Made by a program: the position numbers and the translations under genes | Notes under the pieces: generated by a model | Seen by the model: the letters and a program-made list of their open reading frames with translations, nothing else | Told to the model about the DNA's origin: nothing | The model's database searches: none | In this document: piece by piece, positions 18,429 to 27,129 of the stretch | How the letters are laid out: each line of letters opens with the position of its first letter | Position numbering within the stretch: the first letter of the stretch is position 1 | Virus record (IMG/VR): IMGVR_UViG_3300025909_000005 | Reading direction: 5' to 3' (one strand) | DNA: 64,000 nucleotides | From: a virus | Lineage: Duplodnaviria > Caudoviricetes

Positions 18429-18707
18429 ATGAGCCGCGGCAAGTACTCCCCCTCCCTCCCGAAGCACACCGACTTCTCGTTCAACTGCTACGGCCAGCCG
18501 GCTGTCGAGTGGAACAAGGACTCCACCGGCGAGTACGACGAGAAGACGATGTTCGGCAACTACGATCACGAAGGCTTCGACAGCTACGGCTACTCCTGCT
18601 TCGACGCTGAAGGCAACTACGTCGGTATCGGCGATGGAGTCGACCGCCTCGGCTACACCGAGATGGACTACCTCTGCATGTCGGACGAAGACTTCCTCTC
18701 CATCTGA
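18429..18707 (+). CDS. Hypothetical early acidic protein
   Basis: GGAG SD; YDHEGFDSYGYS. Confidence 0.65.
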   Translation: MSRGKYSPSLPKHTDFSFNCYGQPAVEWNKDSTGEYDEKTMFGNYDHEGFDSYGYSCFDAEGNYVGIGDGVDRLGYTEMDYLCMSDEDFLSI

Positions 18708-18737
18708 GTGTACATTCCGCCGCAAACTTGCTATAAT
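18708..18737 (+). promoter_or_regulatory. Early promoter GTGTAC-N18-TGcTATAAT
   Basis: GTGTAC 18708-18713, TATAAT 18732-18737; ATG 6 nt later. Confidence 0.7.
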
Positions 18738-18743
18738 CGTCCT

Positions 18744-19115
18744 ATGTCATCCTACACCACTCTCCCCCTCACGAACTCGCTGGCTGTCCTGAAGGTGCTT
18801 CAGGACAAGAAGCTCTCGCTGACGGACTGCTACAAGCAGGTTCCTCGCCTGATGTTCGTGAAGTACGAAACGTACGTGACGCTTCACGACGTCAACGGCA
18901 TCGTCGGTGAAGCCGGCGGTCAGATCTTCGAAGGCGGCACAGGCGACGACTGGGCTCAGGTCGGCCTCGACGAGGAACACTGGTTCTTCGGCGAAGCAGA
19001 CCTCGACAAGCCCGGAATGTTCCGTGACAACAGCGGCGGCCAGTACCTCACGCGCGACAACATGATTCGCATCGTGAAGGGCCACATCGACACCATCAAG
19101 AAGGCCAAGAAGTGA
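18744..19115 (+). CDS. Hypothetical early protein (probably leaderless)
   Basis: ATG 6 nt after TATAAT; the ORF-track GTG start lies inside the promoter. Confidence 0.6.
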   Translation: MSSYTTLPLTNSLAVLKVLQDKKLSLTDCYKQVPRLMFVKYETYVTLHDVNGIVGEAGGQIFEGGTGDDWAQVGLDEEHWFFGEADLDKPGMFRDNSGGQYLTRDNMIRIVKGHIDTIKKAKK

Positions 19116-19402
19116 GCGCGTTCAATCACGCCTTCAAGCAGACGCTGCTTGACCAACTCACCGCGTATCAGGAGCTGCTCGACGAGCTGATCGGCCGGTT
19201 GCCGCGCTCGTCGGAAGAGAGCGTCTACCTTATGCGAATCACGTTCATCATGCCGAACGGCTTGTTCGAAGAAGCCACTGTGGAAGCGGTTCCGCGCATC
19301 GGCGAAGATGTCTACCTGAAGGATGATAACTTCACCGTAGTGCACGTCCGGCACTTCATCAACTCGTCGGCCGGAATCCGCGTGTTCCTGGGTCCTGCAT
19401 GA
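19112..19402 (+). CDS. Hypothetical protein
   Basis: Overlapping start/stop chain. Confidence 0.55.
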   Translation: MSAFNHAFKQTLLDQLTAYQELLDELIGRLPRSSEESVYLMRITFIMPNGLFEEATVEAVPRIGEDVYLKDDNFTVVHVRHFINSSAGIRVFLGPA

Positions 19403-19647
19403 CCAATCCGATCTGGATCGTCGTCGAAGGTGGCGACCTCTTCGAGGGGCACCAAGGCCACTGGGCCGACTGCTTCTTCTCCAACGCAACGAAGGAGCAG
19501 ATCGTCTACGCCTGCTCTGAAGAAGGTGGGCTGTTCGGTGAAGATGCCGGCCTGCTCATCCGTGAGATGACTGATGAAGAAGTCGCACAGTACCCCGAGG
19601 CTGTCGAGTTCCGTGACCAACTGATTCGGGAGTATGGAGAAGCATGA
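19399..19647 (+). CDS. Hypothetical protein
   Basis: Overlapping start/stop chain. Confidence 0.55.
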   Translation: MTNPIWIVVEGGDLFEGHQGHWADCFFSNATKEQIVYACSEEGGLFGEDAGLLIREMTDEEVAQYPEAVEFRDQLIREYGEA

Positions 19648-19922
19648 CACCGGAAGAGAACCTGACCCTCTCGAAGGGCATCGAAAAGGCGATCAAGCTC
19701 GCCATCACCGACTGCCCGCGCAAGAGCGTGCCGGCTGAAGTCGTGGCCTGCGTCAGCGGCACGATGACCACGCTGATGTGCGTCGGCGTCGTGAAGAGCT
19801 CGATGATCGAGGTCGGCCCTGGTGGCCTCGACAAGCACCGCATGAGCGGCTACTCCATCGTCGTGCGCTACTCGATCGAGAAGATCGAGTACAAGCACGT
19901 CGAACCTGTCTTCGACCTCTAA
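19644..19922 (+). CDS. Hypothetical protein
   Basis: GGAG SD; ATGA overlap. Confidence 0.55.
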   Translation: MTPEENLTLSKGIEKAIKLAITDCPRKSVPAEVVACVSGTMTTLMCVGVVKSSMIEVGPGGLDKHRMSGYSIVVRYSIEKIEYKHVEPVFDL

Positions 19923-19931
19923 GGAGCACGC

Positions 19932-20363
19932 ATGTCTTTCCTGAAAGCCGGCACGTATTACCTCGGCGATCCGTGTTACGCCATCGCCAACAAGCAGTGG
20001 GACACGTTCACCGACAAGACCATCGGTGAACGCAAGATGGGCGTGACCTTCGAGATCACGATAAAGGGCAAGACTGGTCAGTGCTGGGCAGACTACACCG
20101 CCTATGGAGATGGCGGCTACGATGGGTCTGATGGCGTCGTCTATGGCGTCGACTCCGGTTCGATCGGCCTGGTGCCCGTCGAGCTCATGGAGAATCCTGA
20201 GGACTTCGAAGACGGCAGCAAGGTCGAAGCTCCCTACGGCCTTACCGCGTGGTCGATCGACGGCTGCTTCTGCATCGACATTCTCGGTGAGAACGGGATC
20301 GCAGCGTCCCGCATCGAGATCGAGACGGGCGATGGACAGAACTTCGAGGACAGCGAATGGTGA
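19932..20363 (+). CDS. Conserved phage hypothetical protein (GDPCY / VDSG type)
   Basis: YYLGDPCY, TAYGDGGY, GVDSGSIGL; AAGGAG SD. Confidence 0.65.
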   Translation: MSFLKAGTYYLGDPCYAIANKQWDTFTDKTIGERKMGVTFEITIKGKTGQCWADYTAYGDGGYDGSDGVVYGVDSGSIGLVPVELMENPEDFEDGSKVEAPYGLTAWSIDGCFCIDILGENGIAASRIEIETGDGQNFEDSEW

Positions 20364-20629
20364 ACGTGCGTGCGCTGAAGAGGCGCAGCTACTCCACCCT
20401 GACCCATCGAAACCGTGCGCGGCTGGCTGAGCGCATGAGAAGCGCCCGTCCTGCGCCGTACTTCGCGGTGCCACCCTACAAGGCCGAGCTGTTCTCACCA
20501 AGGACTGGATGGTCAGGCGTGATGAACGCCAACAAGATCAACTGTCTGACCTTTGCAGATCGGCCAGGCCACGTGATCACCGACATCAACACGGCAAGGG
20601 CTCTTGCTGAGAAGTGGAACCGAGCATGA
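20357..20629 (+). CDS. Hypothetical protein
   Basis: ORF in the operon chain. Confidence 0.5.
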   Translation: MVNVRALKRRSYSTLTHRNRARLAERMRSARPAPYFAVPPYKAELFSPRTGWSGVMNANKINCLTFADRPGHVITDINTARALAEKWNRA

Positions 20630-20850
20630 AGATCATGGACAGAGAGTACAGCTGGGAAGAGCTGGCTGACCTCGAGCGGGATGTCTCGGAGGCCATCTCC
20701 GATGCGCCGATTCCTGGTGAGTACGAGGGAACCATTCGCGTTGCGATTGTCTACATCCCTCCATATCCTGAAGGAGATGTACCCGGGCCCTGTATCTGTG
20801 GAAGCTGGCCAGGCGGCAAATGCCTGCGCTGTGAGGTGCAAGCGCCATAA
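20626..20850 (+). CDS. Hypothetical protein with C-terminal CxC/CxxC
   Basis: ATGA overlap; CICGSWPGGKCLRC. Confidence 0.5.
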   Translation: MKIMDREYSWEELADLERDVSEAISDAPIPGEYEGTIRVAIVYIPPYPEGDVPGPCICGSWPGGKCLRCEVQAP

Positions 20851-20866
20851 ATAGATTCTCAATCTA
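20848..20866 (+). promoter_or_regulatory. Late promoter TAAATA plus TAGATT/AATCTA hairpin
   Basis: TAAATA 20848-20853; stem 20852-20857/20861-20866; GGAGG SD. Confidence 0.65.
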
Positions 20867-20875
20867 GGAGGATCT

Positions 20876-21484
20876 GTGGAAAAACTATTCGAACGCCGCT
20901 TCACGAAGAAGAAAATCTCAGACGGCCACTGGGTCGTTGCTGATCCAGAAGGTGGTGAACTGCGTGGCTTCGGTGTCTTCACTGATGAAGACAAGATCGA
21001 TGACAAGCTCGACCAACTGAACGGCACGAGCAAGTCTCGCAAGAACGGTGGTCAAGGCGCGCAAGCAGGTATCGGCCTCGGCACAGGTGCTGGTCGCAGC
21101 GAGCGGGGAGATCGTCGAATGGCGACAACCGAGAGCGAACAGCAGACCTTCCCAATGCTGAAGGAACTGGGGCTTTTTGAGGACGTTGCTCCTGCAAAGG
21201 AGCAGATTTGGCAGTCAGAAATGCCGTTCGCTTTTGACGACAGCCGTTCTTCAAGCAGTCCGGCAGCTGAAGCTGCCAAGTTCGCAAAGCGCTTCAAGGT
21301 TCATCACAAGATGACGGTCGCAAATGGCCCTTCAGGTGGCTGGCCAGAGTTCCTTTTCTGGGGCCCACGCTCGAACATGGAAAAGCTGCTCAAGGTTTAC
21401 AACAAGGGCGCTGGTCTTTCCAAGGAAGAAGAACACCAAGGATTGGTGAAATCGAAGCGCAAGTACGACCCGAGCGCGTTCTAA
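20876..21484 (+). CDS. Late hypothetical protein inside the early region
   Basis: Own late promoter and terminator; MEKLFE and GLFED. Confidence 0.6.
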   Translation: MEKLFERRFTKKKISDGHWVVADPEGGELRGFGVFTDEDKIDDKLDQLNGTSKSRKNGGQGAQAGIGLGTGAGRSERGDRRMATTESEQQTFPMLKELGLFEDVAPAKEQIWQSEMPFAFDDSRSSSSPAAEAAKFAKRFKVHHKMTVANGPSGGWPEFLFWGPRSNMEKLLKVYNKGAGLSKEEEHQGLVKSKRKYDPSAF

Positions 21485-21489
21485 ACTCT

Positions 21490-21517
21490 ATGGGTCCTGA
21501 AAGCAGGACCCATTTTT
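21490..21517 (+). terminator. Intrinsic terminator
   Basis: ATGGGTCCTG-AAAG-CAGGACCCAT-TTTT. Confidence 0.85.
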
Positions 21518-21561
21518 CTGCCTCCAGTTTACAATGATCGTATGTGTAACTAGGAGGCGTT

Positions 21562-21942
21562 GTGGCATTTGAACCCGACAACCAAGAAGAGCCGAAGCCG
21601 TACCACCACTCTCGGCCAATTCTGCGCCCAGATGGGACGGTAGACGAGGGCCAACTGACTCGTCGAAATCTCGCTCACCTCGAGAAGATTCGCTTGGAGC
21701 GGCAGAAGTATCTTGGCTGCGCTGAGATCATTCGAGAAGCCAAGGTCATCTACCTCCTCGCAGAGACCATCCGTCGTGCGGCGAACCGAGATGCGTTCGC
21801 CTACGACGACTACCCAGGCGTCTATCACGCGCAGTGGCGCCTCATGAACTACCTCGCAACAGGTGAACTTCGCTTTCCGACAAATGAAGAGGTGGAGCGC
21901 CAGCGCGAGCTCGACCTAACCCCAGGAGATTCAACCGTATGA
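21562..21942 (+). CDS. Hypothetical protein
   Basis: GTG after GGAGG; TACAAT at 21530-21535. Confidence 0.55.
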   Translation: MAFEPDNQEEPKPYHHSRPILRPDGTVDEGQLTRRNLAHLEKIRLERQKYLGCAEIIREAKVIYLLAETIRRAANRDAFAYDDYPGVYHAQWRLMNYLATGELRFPTNEEVERQRELDLTPGDSTV

Positions 21943-22265
21943 TGACAATCAAGACACGAAACACCGGTAGCGGTCAGAAGGCCGCAGCTGTGAACCCGAT
22001 CCCATCAACCTTCCAGATCGGTGACATCGTGACGTTTGCCCCATGTGCAACGTGGCCCCGTCCCGGTGGTGTCTACGTTTCTTGGGTTGGGCTAGATGCC
22101 CTCGTCGTCGGCGTGAAGTTCGAGAAGAGCAAGGTGCTGTACGACCTTGCCATGAAGGACGACAGTGGGGGCTTCTACATAGAGCGACCTCTCAAGGAGG
22201 TCGACTCGATCTTTATTGAGCACACCATTCCAACTACCCCTGGCCTGCAGTACCTCCAGCCATGA
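21939..22265 (+). CDS. Hypothetical protein with KOW/SH3-like motif
   Basis: FQIGDIVTF...VVGVKFEKSKVLYDL. Confidence 0.55.
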   Translation: MMTIKTRNTGSGQKAAAVNPIPSTFQIGDIVTFAPCATWPRPGGVYVSWVGLDALVVGVKFEKSKVLYDLAMKDDSGGFYIERPLKEVDSIFIEHTIPTTPGLQYLQP

Positions 22266-22597
22266 TGAAGACCGCTGACATCCAACTCGTGATCGAAACC
22301 CTCGAGGACGCGCTGCGCTCCTACGAAGGCGGCACCCTCTGGAACCCAGAGAAGCACATCGAGAACCTTCACAAGACGATCAACATCATGAAGCGTGAGC
22401 TGCGTGCGTCGAAGAGCCGCGACAAACTGGATACGCTGATCGCCGCACGCCACAACTCGGTGGCGCTCGACGCGAATGGTCGCGCCTTCGGTACAGTCAG
22501 CGACGAGCAGATCGAGGCAGTTCTGATGGGCGCGTTGAAGGACGTGCAGGAAAGAAGTGGTCTCAATGACCACGAAGCACCTTGGTCCTGGGACTAA
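22262..22597 (+). CDS. Hypothetical protein
   Basis: ATGA overlap. Confidence 0.55.
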   Translation: MMKTADIQLVIETLEDALRSYEGGTLWNPEKHIENLHKTINIMKRELRASKSRDKLDTLIAARHNSVALDANGRAFGTVSDEQIEAVLMGALKDVQERSGLNDHEAPWSWD

Positions 22598-22620
22598 TCT
22601 CGAACTGTTACACTTGAACT

Positions 22621-22649
22621 GTGTACTTTCCCCATCAAGTCGCTATAAT
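22621..22649 (+). promoter_or_regulatory. Early promoter GTGTAC-N17-TATAAT
   Basis: GTGTAC 22621-22626, TATAAT 22644-22649. Confidence 0.75.
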
Positions 22650-22687
22650 GAATCTATCGACTAACCAACCTGATGAAGGAAACGATC

Positions 22688-22969
22688 ATGACCCAAGTTC
22701 AAGACCAAGCCGTCCAATCGACCACCGCTCAGGTGGCCACCGTCAAGCCGCTCGCCGGCTACCTCGTCGAACGCCAGGCCCGCAAGCGCTGCACGTTCGG
22801 CCCGGTCTGGATTCAGTCGGTGCTCGCCGGCACCGTGACCGACCAGGTCAAGCTCGTCGAACACGCCGTCGCCCTCAAGGTCGGCGCCCGTTCGGACATG
22901 AAGCGCCTGAAGCCGGAAACCCTGCTCCGCAAGGTGCAGGAAGCGCTGGTCCCGGGCTACACGGCCTGA
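22688..22969 (+). CDS. Hypothetical early protein (monocistronic)
   Basis: AAGGA SD; own promoter and terminator; high-GC codon usage. Confidence 0.65.
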   Translation: MTQVQDQAVQSTTAQVATVKPLAGYLVERQARKRCTFGPVWIQSVLAGTVTDQVKLVEHAVALKVGARSDMKRLKPETLLRKVQEALVPGYTA

Positions 22970-22989
22970 GCAACCGCTCATTCAACTCA

Positions 22990-23009
22990 AAAGGGGCTTC
23001 GGCCCCTTT
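22990..23009 (+). terminator. Intrinsic terminator (cUUCGg loop)
   Basis: AAAGGGGC-TTCG-GCCCCTTT. Confidence 0.8.
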
Positions 23010-23030
23010 GTTGCGTGTTAAAATGACCAT

Positions 23031-23390
23031 ATGGCAAGCGCAAAGAAACGTGTACAAGAGCTCTTCGACAGGATGGATCTGACCGTCAATCCTGAAATGG
23101 GAATCTGGTCGCGCCAGTATCATGAAGTGGAGAGCTACGTCGAAGAATCTCCAAGGCTCGTAGTTAAGGCCTTCACAGAGCTCTTTGGCGCACCTGAGCT
23201 CCTTCTTCAATGGGACAAGACTGTTCGCTACGTCTTCACCATCTGCGATGGTGGAAAGCCGACGTGCGAGGTGCTTGTCGACCAGTACCATGAAGAAGGC
23301 GTCTACATCTGCTTCATTGACTTGGAAGCTGGTTTTCACGTCAATCGAGCTCAGTATGTCGATGATGAGTGTGAATGCGACTACGAATGA
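23031..23390 (+). CDS. Hypothetical protein (probably leaderless)
   Basis: TGtTAAAAT ends at 23024, 6 nt before ATG. Confidence 0.55.
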   Translation: MASAKKRVQELFDRMDLTVNPEMGIWSRQYHEVESYVEESPRLVVKAFTELFGAPELLLQWDKTVRYVFTICDGGKPTCEVLVDQYHEEGVYICFIDLEAGFHVNRAQYVDDECECDYE

Positions 23391-23818
23391 AGGCCGGCAA
23401 CTTCCCCCGCGTCAACATCATTGGCTGCAACCTCCCCTTCGAGGTGACTGAGGATGACTGGCTCGTCTCCATCGCAGATGCGAAGACCCCACCTGCACTT
23501 ACGATGCTACCGTTCGGTCGCATTCTCTACATGCACTTTGACGACGTCGGCGATGAGCGCGAGAGAAACGCCATCACAGACGAGCAGGCGAAGGAGATTG
23601 CTGACTTTATCAAGGAGGCTCGTGCCCAAGGCAAGAACCTCTGGGCAAACTGCCACGCTGGTATCTGTCGCTCAGGCGCTGTAGTCTCCCTTGCGATCGA
23701 CCTGGGTTGGGAAGATGCAAAGCACTGGAACTCTCCAGGCCGAATTCCGAACCACCTCGTCTTCAACAAGGTGCGCAAGCACTTCCCTGAACTCACCTAC
23801 TCTTGGGAAACCCAATGA
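23387..23818 (+). CDS. Protein-tyrosine/dual-specificity phosphatase-like protein
   Basis: MHFDDV; ANCHAGICRSGAV (Cx5R P-loop). Confidence 0.8.
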   Translation: MKAGNFPRVNIIGCNLPFEVTEDDWLVSIADAKTPPALTMLPFGRILYMHFDDVGDERERNAITDEQAKEIADFIKEARAQGKNLWANCHAGICRSGAVVSLAIDLGWEDAKHWNSPGRIPNHLVFNKVRKHFPELTYSWETQ

Positions 23819-24096
23819 GAACCTCAATCCTCCTTCTGGCTCTGCTCGCCCTCGCGGGTTGTAAGCAGGACACTTCCACGCAGGCCGTGATCACAGCGAC
23901 CGATGCGTGCCGTCACTTCGGCGGTCTCAAGTCAATCTCTGTCAACAACGACAACACCGACGGACCAATTCAGGAGGTCGTTGCCTCGTGCAATGGAAAG
24001 CCTGACTCGTACGGCACGGACATTGTCGTAACTCAGCACATCGACACCCGTCCTGCCCTTGCGGCCTCCGCTCCTGCTTCAGGCGCCTCACAATGA
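23815..24096 (+). CDS. Putative lipoprotein
   Basis: MRTSILLLALLALAG/C lipobox. Confidence 0.7.
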   Translation: MRTSILLLALLALAGCKQDTSTQAVITATDACRHFGGLKSISVNNDNTDGPIQEVVASCNGKPDSYGTDIVVTQHIDTRPALAASAPASGASQ

Positions 24097-24443
24097 AGAG
24101 GCTCACCGTCGTGGTGAGCCTGCTTTGTATCTCTGCCTGCGCCACCCCACCAGAACCTAAGCTCGAGCTGAAGCTCGATATGAGCGACGTGGGGCTTGAA
24201 GGCATTCCCAAGTCAATGCGTACCCGCGAGAATGACATCGCGTGCGCAAGGGTGGCCAAGTACGCTGACGGCGTGAACATGCTTCGCATCGCAGGCGTGC
24301 TCAAGGAAGACCTACCCCATCCAGTTCTTGACTTCGATGCAGAAGTAGTGAAGAACGCCGTCTACAAAAACAGAGGAATCTACGACATCCTCTGGAACTG
24401 CTACACGCTTGGACCTGAGAACCTGTCTGTCACGCTCAAATGA
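24093..24443 (+). CDS. Putative lipoprotein
   Basis: MKRLTVVVSLLCISA/C lipobox-like. Confidence 0.6.
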   Translation: MKRLTVVVSLLCISACATPPEPKLELKLDMSDVGLEGIPKSMRTRENDIACARVAKYADGVNMLRIAGVLKEDLPHPVLDFDAEVVKNAVYKNRGIYDILWNCYTLGPENLSVTLK

Positions 24444-24472
24444 GTGTACATCCTGCACCGACGTGCTATAAT
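24444..24472 (+). promoter_or_regulatory. Early promoter GTGTAC-N17-TGcTATAAT
   Basis: GTGTAC 24444-24449, TATAAT 24467-24472. Confidence 0.75.
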
Positions 24473-24498
24473 GGTTCTATCAACTCAAAGGACACACC

Positions 24499-24708
24499 TT
24501 GGCCAAAATGAAGTCGTGGTATATCGTCGTGATGCTGGGTGCGACCCAGGTCTCTGCCCGTGAATGCAGTTCCGTGGGCCAGTCCCGCGAGCTTTTCGAT
24601 GAAGTCAAGAAGAAGTACGCCGAGATCGACGAGCAGCGTCTCGCCGAGGCGAAGGCAAAGGGCGTCGATGCCCCGCGTCTGCACCAAGTTTCCCGCGAGT
24701 GGTACTGA
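24499..24708 (+). CDS. Hypothetical early protein
   Basis: TTG start after AAAGGA. Confidence 0.6.
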   Translation: MAKMKSWYIVVMLGATQVSARECSSVGQSRELFDEVKKKYAEIDEQRLAEAKAKGVDAPRLHQVSREWY

Positions 24709-24863
24709 TGCGCATCATTCTGTACACGCTCGCTGCCATCATCGGTTGGCTGGTGTCCACGATCCTGTGCTACCAGCACGGATCACCGCTGATCGCAGGC
24801 GCGGGGCTGACGCTGATGATCTACAGCATCTTCACGCTCGGCCGCCTCACCATCAACCGCTGA
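24708..24863 (+). CDS. Small two-TM membrane protein (51 aa, absent from ORF track)
   Basis: MRIILYTLAAIIGWLVSTILCYQHGSPLIAGAGLTLMIYSIFTLGRLTINR; TGATG overlap. Confidence 0.6.
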   Translation: MRIILYTLAAIIGWLVSTILCYQHGSPLIAGAGLTLMIYSIFTLGRLTINR

Positions 24864-24895
24864 CCTCTTTCGTTCAACACCTGGAGAACCGTCCC

Positions 24896-25594
24896 ATGTT
24901 CCGTTCCGTCACTCTTCTCGCTGTCGCGTCCGCGATGGCCCTTGCCGCCTGCGGCCCATCCCAACCGCAGGTCGTGTACCAAGCGCCGCCGCAACAGCCG
25001 CAGGTCGTGGTCGAACAGCAGCAACCGCAGTACGTTCCGCAACCGCAGATCCAGTACGTGCCGCAACCTGTCTTCGTGCAACCGACCTACAACAACGGCT
25101 ACATGGACGTCGTCGCCGGCGCAGTGCTCTCGGCCGCCGTCATCAGCGCGCTCCGCCCGGACCAATACACCTACCGCAACGGCCAGTACTACTCGACCAC
25201 GGTCATCCACAACCACGTCGACCGCTCCACCTACGACCGTATCGCAGCGAAGAACGCCACCATCAACGCGCAGCGTGACACGATCAACGCTCAGCGCCAG
25301 GCGGCCGTCGCCAAGGAGAACCAGCACCGCCAAGAGCTCGCTGCCCAGCAGCAGAAGCACGACGCCGCCATGGCGCAGCAGAAGGCGCAGATGCAGGCCA
25401 GCCAGGACCGCATGAAGCAGCAGATGGCACAGCAACAGCAGGTTCAACAGCAGCGTGCCCAACAGCGCCAGCAGGCCGCGCAGCCCTCCACGTCCGGCGG
25501 CTTCAACGCCATGAGCCGCAGTGCCGCAGCCCAACCGACCCGCTCGGCCGCGCCGGCCGCCGCTCCTGCCCGCAGCTGGAACAAGAAGCGCTAA
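24896..25594 (+). CDS. Gln/Pro-rich putative lipoprotein
   Basis: GGAG SD; LLAVASAMALAA/C lipobox; QPQ repeats and coiled-coil tail. Confidence 0.7.
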   Translation: MFRSVTLLAVASAMALAACGPSQPQVVYQAPPQQPQVVVEQQQPQYVPQPQIQYVPQPVFVQPTYNNGYMDVVAGAVLSAAVISALRPDQYTYRNGQYYSTTVIHNHVDRSTYDRIAAKNATINAQRDTINAQRQAAVAKENQHRQELAAQQQKHDAAMAQQKAQMQASQDRMKQQMAQQQQVQQQRAQQRQQAAQPSTSGGFNAMSRSAAAQPTRSAAPAAAPARSWNKKR

Positions 25595-25612
25595 GCTTCT
25601 CTTCCTTCTTCA

Positions 25613-25635
25613 AAGGCCCCCCTCGTGAGGGCCTT
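25613..25635 (+). terminator. Probable terminator hairpin
   Basis: AAGGCCC...GGGCCTT then TGTTG. Confidence 0.5.
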
Positions 25636-25732
25636 GTTGCACTTGGACCTCAACATAGGACGAGTCCGACGCTCCCAGTGTTACAATACTCTATCGCCTC
25701 TCAACCCTGGTTACACGCTTGGAGGCGCATAA

Positions 25733-26215
25733 ATGGACAAGACAAAATCAAACGCACACTGGGTCGGTGACATCGCCGACATGCACACCAAGTTCGGTGT
25801 CAACCCCGTCATCAACAACCTGGACTACAACCAGCTCATGACGTTCCTGCAGTTTCGCATCGACTTCCTCCAAGAGGAGCTCGACGAGATGCAGGCAGCG
25901 AAGCAGAAGCTGAACTCGATGTCCTTCGCCGAGGTCACCTACGACATCGCGAAGGCAGAAGCCCACAAGGCAGCTGACGACATCGTCGACGCCCTCATCG
26001 ACCTCTGCGTCGTTGCGATTGGCACCCTCAACGCCTTCGAGGTAGACGCCTACGAAGCATGGAGCCGCGTGCACGACAAGAACATGCAGAAGAACGCAGG
26101 CGTCAACAAGAACCGCCCGAACCCGCTCGGCCTGCCTGACCTCATCAAGCCAGAAGGCTGGACCCCGCCAACTCACTCCGACAACATTGGCCTCCTCGCC
26201 AAGCTCGTGCCATGA
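25733..26215 (+). CDS. MazG-like / PRA-PH family nucleotide pyrophosphohydrolase
   Basis: DIADMHTKFG, FLQEELDE, DALIDLCVVA, VHDKNMQK, DLIKPEGWTPP. Confidence 0.85.
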   Translation: MDKTKSNAHWVGDIADMHTKFGVNPVINNLDYNQLMTFLQFRIDFLQEELDEMQAAKQKLNSMSFAEVTYDIAKAEAHKAADDIVDALIDLCVVAIGTLNAFEVDAYEAWSRVHDKNMQKNAGVNKNRPNPLGLPDLIKPEGWTPPTHSDNIGLLAKLVP

Positions 26216-26400
26216 CCATCGACATTCTGCGGAACGCGTGCACCTCCCTCTACAAGCTGACTGGAAAGGTGGCTGAGGTAGAGGCGCTTCTGCTGAATGA
26301 GATGTTGACAGGTCGAATCGAGGACTACACGATCCTCGATCCGCTAACAGTCGCTGTGAAGATAAACCACTTCCAGAACTTCTACGTTTTCCCCCTCTAA
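26212..26400 (+). CDS. Hypothetical protein
   Basis: ATGA overlap. Confidence 0.5.
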   Translation: MTIDILRNACTSLYKLTGKVAEVEALLLNEMLTGRIEDYTILDPLTVAVKINHFQNFYVFPL

Positions 26401-26411
26401 GGAATCCAACC

Positions 26412-26822
26412 ATGATGAATATCCGCCAACGTTCGGTGAACGTTTCCCGTACCGAGCTCCTCGAGAAGCTGAAGGAAAACCGGAAGATCCACGCGAAGGA
26501 GTACGCCGACCTGCTGCTCGAGTTCCGTGCACGTCTTGAGTCTGACCTGAAGGCAGCGCTCGAGAAGGTGAGCAAGGCCAAGAACAACGAAAAGCTGAAG
26601 CAGTTCCGCTTCAACGTCGTGCCACCGCAGAACTACACGTCGCAGTACGACGAAGTCATCGAGATGCTGGAGATGTCGGTTGATGAGGTCATCAACCTCG
26701 ACGCCGAATCGTTCAAGGCCTACATCAAGAACGAGTGGTCGTGGTCCAACCAACTGATCACGTCGAAGGCCCTGTACGCCGCCGCCGGTTCGTTCCTCGG
26801 CAACTCCAACGAAGACTTCTAA
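26412..26822 (+). CDS. Conserved phage hypothetical protein
   Basis: AAGGA SD; PQNYTSQYDEVIEMLEMSVDEVINLD...YIKNEWSW. Confidence 0.65.
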   Translation: MMNIRQRSVNVSRTELLEKLKENRKIHAKEYADLLLEFRARLESDLKAALEKVSKAKNNEKLKQFRFNVVPPQNYTSQYDEVIEMLEMSVDEVINLDAESFKAYIKNEWSWSNQLITSKALYAAAGSFLGNSNEDF

Positions 26823-26829
26823 GGCAACC

Positions 26830-27129
26830 ATGAAGATCGTTACGCGTAAGCCAGTTGTTGCGCGCGGTCCGAAGGTGATGAAGGACACCGACATTCAGGC
26901 GCTCTTCGACACGATCTGTCATGCTGCCAACGTAGTGGCCTCGACAAGTGACGAGCGCATGCAGATTGCTCGAACAGGCATTGAAGGCGCGGTGCTGGCC
27001 TTCTATTCCGCTGAGATCATCGACGCGCCTGCGTGCACGCTGCTAGCTCCCGACCGGCTGGTCGTTTCCTTCATGATGAGGAATGAGCCAGAACCCCGCG
27101 ACTTCGTTGAGATCGTTGTCGGCCTGTGA
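26830..27129 (+). CDS. Hypothetical protein
   Basis: ORF in the operon chain. Confidence 0.5.
   Translation: MKIVTRKPVVARGPKVMKDTDIQALFDTICHAANVVASTSDERMQIARTGIEGAVLAFYSAEIIDAPACTLLAPDRLVVSFMMRNEPEPRDFVEIVVGL

Noticed and set aside
17004-18725. 573-aa minus-strand ORF (also 311..1204, 33555..35165, 43252..44031, 54408..55259 and many similar)
   Set aside because: Antisense shadows of well-supported plus-strand genes; expected with this codon bias; no motifs, SD or promoter.
23815-24443. Rz/Rz1 spanin interpretation of the lipoprotein pair
   Set aside because: No nested or overlapping i-spanin, no neighbouring lysis genes, and early-type promoter context.
24539-24895. N-terminal extension of the 351-aa ORF in the track
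   Set aside because: Overlaps two better small genes; SD and lipoprotein signal place the start at 24896.
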